Virus record (IMG/VR): IMGVR_UViG_3300045747_000182
Location: 116 to 64,115 of that record
DNA from: a virus
Strand: one strand, 5' to 3'
Length of the DNA: 64,000 nt
The notes below the pieces were generated by a model that ran no database searches, was not told the DNA's origin, and was given only the letters and a program-made list of their open reading frames with translations. How positions within the stretch are numbered: position 1 is the stretch's first letter; every line of letters starts with the position of its first letter. Positions 59,735 through 64,000 of this stretch are shown piece after piece. A program made the position numbers and the translations under genes.

Positions 59735-60124
59735 TTAATCCTCAGTAGGATTCTTCTGTAAGCCTTCTTGCTCAATGATAGCCAAAAGCTCTTCATCGGT
59801 CAAGTCAGCGGTCTTAGTCGTAACAGACTGGTCAATCCGCTGAAGCTTAGGTTGCTCGTACTCTGCTATCTGTGATGCATACCGAGCAGCATCGTCCATC
59901 TTATCCTCTTGGAGAGCCAAGTGCATAGCCATCTTTAAAATATCCAATGCTGTAATGTCTGGAAGATCTTCTTTGATCTTCATGAATGCTTTAGCCGTAA
60001 CCTTAAACTGTTGCTGTAGCTCAAGATTCAACAACCGACTCTGAACAGACTTCCTTTGATTCTCACGAGCAGTCTCCGAAGTAATCAATTTAAGGTTCTT
60101 AAGTGAGTTAGGTGATACTTTCAT
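59735..60124 (-). CDS. Probable terminase small subunit
   Basis: NSLKNLK...ARENQRKS N-terminus; AARYASQIAEYEQPKLQRIDQ...DLTDEELLAII C-terminus. Confidence 0.7.
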   Translation of the reverse strand: MKVSPNSLKNLKLITSETARENQRKSVQSRLLNLELQQQFKVTAKAFMKIKEDLPDITALDILKMAMHLALQEDKMDDAARYASQIAEYEQPKLQRIDQSVTTKTADLTDEELLAIIEQEGLQKNPTED

Positions 60125-60146
60125 TTTTAATCCTTTGTAAAATATA

Positions 60147-60164
60147 TCTTTAAGGTACCAGCTA
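60147..60164 (-). promoter_or_regulatory. Candidate phage RNAP promoter upstream of probable terS
   Basis: Minus strand TAGCTGGTACCTTAAAGA. Confidence 0.6.
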
Positions 60165-60255
60165 GTAATAGTTGGTAGTACAGCTAATCATGGCCACTTC
60201 TTCCACTCGTTTCTCTCCTAAAACTCTCACTCAACGTCCTTCTGAAAGCAAATCA

Positions 60256-60816
60256 ATGTCTAATCAATTCGAACCCCGTAACGTCATCCTCAAAAACATT
60301 ACCCTGTTCTGGGCCAAGCTGGATAAGCCAGTAGATAACTTCGCCGGAGATGCCCAACAATGGGAAATCCAAGCTCGTGTTCCTAAGAAGCGTCGTGCTG
60401 AACTGGAACAATTCGGTAAAGTCAAAGAGCAGGATGACGGTTCAGTGTCTATCAACTTCCGCAAGAAGTCTGAAAAGGCTGACGGTTCCCCATCGGCTAA
60501 AGTACGCGTAGTTGATGGTTCTAAAGAGCCTATTGACTCCAAGTCCATCGGTAACGGTTCTGTAGGTAACATCATGCTGATGCTCAAAGACTACGAAATC
60601 AAGCACCCTAAGACTGGTAAAGTGACTAAGTCTGGTACTCAGACCATGTTGACTGCGGTACAAGTCACTGACCTGAAGATCTTCGAAAAGACTGGTGGAG
60701 AAAACTTCACTGACTTTGACATGGAAGATGAAGCTCCTGCAGCAAAGAAAGCGCCTGCAAAAGGTAAGGCTAAACCAGCAGCTGACGAACAAGATGACGA
60801 CGACATCCCATTCTAA
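60256..60816 (+). CDS. Single-stranded DNA-binding protein (T7 gp2.5-like)
   Basis: LFWAKLDKP, IGNGSVGN, LTAVQV, acidic tail ending DDDDIPF. Confidence 0.85.
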   Translation: MSNQFEPRNVILKNITLFWAKLDKPVDNFAGDAQQWEIQARVPKKRRAELEQFGKVKEQDDGSVSINFRKKSEKADGSPSAKVRVVDGSKEPIDSKSIGNGSVGNIMLMLKDYEIKHPKTGKVTKSGTQTMLTAVQVTDLKIFEKTGGENFTDFDMEDEAPAAKKAPAKGKAKPAADEQDDDDIPF

Positions 60817-60831
60817 TCCATAGAATATACA

Positions 60832-60860
60832 CCCCAAGGTAACACTTGGGGTTTTCTTTT
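60832..60860 (+). terminator. Intrinsic terminator after SSB
   Basis: CCCCAAG-gtaaca-CTTGGGG then TTTTCTTT. Confidence 0.8.
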
Positions 60861-60881
60861 CCAGTTATCAAAAGGCACAAA

Positions 60882-61322
60882 ATGCTAATTAAAGATGAAG
60901 ATAGTGATCGCGGAAGTAATATCTACCATACAAACGTACCCTGTAAGTGGCCGGGAACTAAAGAAGATATTGCTGAAATGGTAGGACGTACATTCAGTGA
61001 AATCACTGGTGAATTCAACGATAGTGAGGTCTGCTTCAAATCAACTGACGGTTTCACATTCAAATTCTATCATGAACAAGATTGTTGCGAAAGTGTATAC
61101 CTCGAAGACATCACCGGAAATCTTAATGATCTGCTAAACACGCCAATCTTGCTTGCCGAAGAGCGCCATAACCATGACAACCCTCCAGAAGAATACACAG
61201 AAAGCCATACGTGGACATTCTACGAATTTCGTACCATCAAAGCTTCTGTAACATTGCGCTGGTTAGGTGAGTCCAACGGATACTACTCTGAAAGTGTTGA
61301 CTTGATGATAACAAAGGACTAA
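60882..61322 (+). CDS. Conserved phage hypothetical protein
   Basis: YHEQDCCESV..TWTFY..RWLGESNGYYSESV. Confidence 0.7.
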   Translation: MLIKDEDSDRGSNIYHTNVPCKWPGTKEDIAEMVGRTFSEITGEFNDSEVCFKSTDGFTFKFYHEQDCCESVYLEDITGNLNDLLNTPILLAEERHNHDNPPEEYTESHTWTFYEFRTIKASVTLRWLGESNGYYSESVDLMITKD

Positions 61323-61323
61323 T

Positions 61324-62526
61324 ATGTATAACGCTAAACTACACTCTGTATTCTCCCTCGCCCACAACGCCCTGATCAAAGAATTGCATGAAGTCGAAAA
61401 CAGGTTAATGCTTGATAAGTTCTTTGCAGGGCTATACTGGGCCAGCGCCGACAAATCAAAACCTGAATCAACAAAACATTCCTTCGAACAATACAAAGCA
61501 ACCAAAGAGCGTATCACCTTCGGCAAGGACAAGGCCAAGCGTCTTCGTTATGCTATCCGTGTGATGAAACTCTCCAAGTCTGCAGCCGGACTTATTGACA
61601 GAGAATGAAAATCGTATATTACAACCCTGAAAAATCACTTTTTATAGCAAAAGGAGGTCGTGCGTTAGTGTTTCCCTATGACCACCCCAACTGCTCAAAT
61701 ACTCAAGTTGCCTTAACAAGTATGGTAACTAAAGTACTTCCTGACGGTCAATTCTTTACTGAGAACTCTCATTATGTACCTGCTTCTAGTTTTCCAACTG
61801 ATAAGTGTCAACCCGCAGACCAAAGATGAGTACTATGGCTGGATGCCAGCTGGTATGTTCGAGTCCGAAAAGCTATGTTTAGCAGTAGGCTCTGTCATGG
61901 GTAAAATAAGCAATACCCAAAAAGGTGTAAAGCAAATCATCTGTGTTCCATCACGTAATCCGGAAATGATATGAAAAATAAAATCGTTATTGCAGTGTTC
62001 TCTCCATTCATCCTTATTGGTTTTATTTGGCATGGAATCGACATAGGTTTTCATGCGGGAAGATTCCTTGGAGATAAGTACCTATGATTTATATTCTTAT
62101 TGTCATAATGCACGCAGGAGTAGGCACTGCAGAGTTTAATACTTTGGAACAATGCCAATACGTAGCAAAAACTCTGCGTCAGGGGTATGTAACTAATGCA
62201 CAATGTTTCGAAAAAGGTATCAAATGACAAAACTCAAAATAAACAGAGAGGTATCCACACTGTATATCGACGGTGATACGTTAACAAGTATCATCGATGA
62301 ATTCCAAGGACTTGTTGACATCTATGGCCCTGAAACTTTCGTGAGTCTTGAAGAAGAATCTTACAGTGACAACAAATACTTGGCACTGATAGTACCTACC
62401 CTTGAGAGTGATGCAGAATACGAAGCTCGCGTAGGTAGAGAAAAAGCAATTGCGGAAAAGCGTAAGCAATGGACAGAAAGATGGGGAACAGCTAGTGAAT
62501 GTGCTGACGCTACCTTCTATCGTTGA
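61324..62526 (+). CDS. Several small hypothetical genes
   Basis: Coupled ORFs 61324-61608, 61605-61829, 61774-61974, 62203-62526. Confidence 0.5.
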
Positions 62527-62746
62527 TGCCGTGGAGTTCAGGCGCGAACAGTACCTACTTACACAAAAGCAGTGGGCGCAAGTGATTGGCATGAGTCAGT
62601 CGCACTACTCTGAATTTAGGTCGGGGAAGAGGAATCTCACGATGGCACAGGCCGCTAAGTGTTTTGAGTATGGCGTACCCGCCGAGTGTCTATTCCAAAA
62701 CCTTGGCAACAAGGACTATCGACACATCAAGAAAGTATTGAAATGA
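62501..62746 (+). CDS. XRE-family helix-turn-helix protein
   Basis: LTQKQWAQVIGMSQSHYSEFRSGKRNLT. Confidence 0.75.
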   Translation: MLTLPSIVDAVEFRREQYLLTQKQWAQVIGMSQSHYSEFRSGKRNLTMAQAAKCFEYGVPAECLFQNLGNKDYRHIKKVLK

Positions 62747-62960
62747 CCAACTTCAAAGAAGAAATGAAACTGCGCAGCCACAACATCATGCAAAGTAGAT
62801 CGCGTGGTTTGCCGCTGGTGCGAATGGCTAAGTATCAAAACGACATTACCAAATTGGAAAAGCAAGTCCAAATGCTAATGGAGCAGCTAACTGTGGTTGC
62901 TCAACAACGTGATGCATTGGACAAAACACTGCGCAGCATCTATGAAGGAGCGAAAGAACG

Positions 62961-63758
62961 ATGACCATTGAAAACATCGAAAACCACATGGCTAAAGCCT
63001 GTAATTGTGGAAGTGTCAACTTTGTCCTGCTCAAGTCTGGCGGCATTGAATGCAACAAATGCGGAACTGTCTTACAAAATATCAAATGGGATCATACTGA
63101 TGAACGCAGCGATTGGGAGCAGGCATGGCACACACTCAACAATGAAGTGCTACAACTCAAAGCCGAACTAGGCGACCTACCGGAATCGCAGGCAGAAATG
63201 TTGGGGACTATTAAGCAACTACGCTATCGCATCCATGAACTTGAAGGTGAAGTGATTGGCTATAAGCGCATTCTTGATGAAGCCTCATCCGCTGCCGCAA
63301 TGAGTGAGCCTGTGAAGCCTATCGGCTACATCAGCAAGACAGGACACGGCACTTATTTCCGCGAGTCCATTACTCCTGAACTTGCAGCACTTACGCACGG
63401 GGGCAACCCTATGTGGACGCCAGTCGGCCCCATAACACCCGCTGCCGCAGTGAGTGAGCCTGTTGGCGTCAAGGGCTACGCAATGGCGCTGAATGAAGTC
63501 GCATTGAAGCTGCGAAAACGCTATGAGCATGATTTGCTGTCTACACCGCTGTGGGCTGAGTTTGAAAAAGCCAGAAACAAGTTTGCCGCAAGCATTGCCA
63601 CCCCACCCGCTGCCCCGCCGCCTTTGAGCGTTAAGCAAATTCACGATTGGTGGGCAAGTGAAAACGGCTTAGAGGATTGCGATATGTGCAAGCTGGAGGA
63701 CTTTGCCAAAGTAGTTCAAGCAGTGGAAAAGGCACACAACATAGGAGCGAAAGAATGA
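62961..63758 (+). CDS. Mosaic accessory protein (Ea22-like style)
   Basis: CNCG..CNKC N-terminus, coiled coil, duplicated AAMSEPV/AAVSEPV linkers. Confidence 0.65.
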   Translation: MTIENIENHMAKACNCGSVNFVLLKSGGIECNKCGTVLQNIKWDHTDERSDWEQAWHTLNNEVLQLKAELGDLPESQAEMLGTIKQLRYRIHELEGEVIGYKRILDEASSAAAMSEPVKPIGYISKTGHGTYFRESITPELAALTHGGNPMWTPVGPITPAAAVSEPVGVKGYAMALNEVALKLRKRYEHDLLSTPLWAEFEKARNKFAASIATPPAAPPPLSVKQIHDWWASENGLEDCDMCKLEDFAKVVQAVEKAHNIGAKE

Positions 63759-63933
63759 CCAACATCATTGAACCACCCGCCAATGTAGTGCAACTGATGC
63801 CACAAAGAACAGTTTGCGATGACTTGGTGCAATCTATTCGTGATGCTGTTTACAGCTATGCAGGGCGCTTGTCAGTGGCGGAAACACTTGGCTGTATTGA
63901 GATTGCTGTTGATGGTCTAAGGAAGGAGTTGCT

Positions 63934-64000
63934 ATGAAAATTTATGTTCAAATTGATGTGCCTGACGATTGGGAAAAGCGTCTGGATATGCAGCAAACTG
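63934..64000 (+). CDS. 3'-truncated ORF at window end
   Basis: GGAG RBS, MKIYVQIDVPDDWEKRLDMQQT... Confidence 0.55.
   Translation, partial: MKIYVQIDVPDDWEKRLDMQQT

Noticed and set aside
62501-62746. XRE protein as a lysogeny repressor
   Set aside because: No integrase or divergent cro/cI arrangement; the genome otherwise looks lytic.
1-64000. tRNA, rRNA or host chromosomal genes
   Set aside because: No cloverleaf or rRNA-like sequence noticed by eye; a tRNAscan run would be needed to exclude tRNAs fully.

Overview
The window is almost certainly a lytic podovirus-type tailed phage genome, probably near-complete and circularly permuted (it begins and ends inside genes of the same accessory family; no integrase is seen). 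The + strand carries small early/accessory genes (about 55.7-64 kb continuing into 0-9.7 kb), nucleotide-pool enzymes, RNA and DNA ligases and a T7-like replication block (PolA, 5'-3' exonuclease, primase-helicase, single-chain T7-type RNA polymerase, class II RNR, thioredoxin), ending at a bidirectional terminator near 21.05 kb. The - strand (55.4 to 21.1 kb) carries terminase, portal, scaffold, capsid, tail/fibre, lysis and three large internal virion proteins. The main observation is that the last internal virion protein (21084-24698, 1204 aa) carries the ordered catalytic motifs of a single-subunit RNA polymerase of the N4 virion-RNAP type. The phage therefore appears to encode two different RNAPs: a stand-alone, probably injected enzyme of mini-vRNAP size and a single-chain 737-aa T7-type enzyme. 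Two classes of candidate promoter are visible: a linear TAGMYGGWACCTWAWA motif and early-region hairpin repeats with covarying stems. All family assignments are from motif reading by eye; no searches were run.
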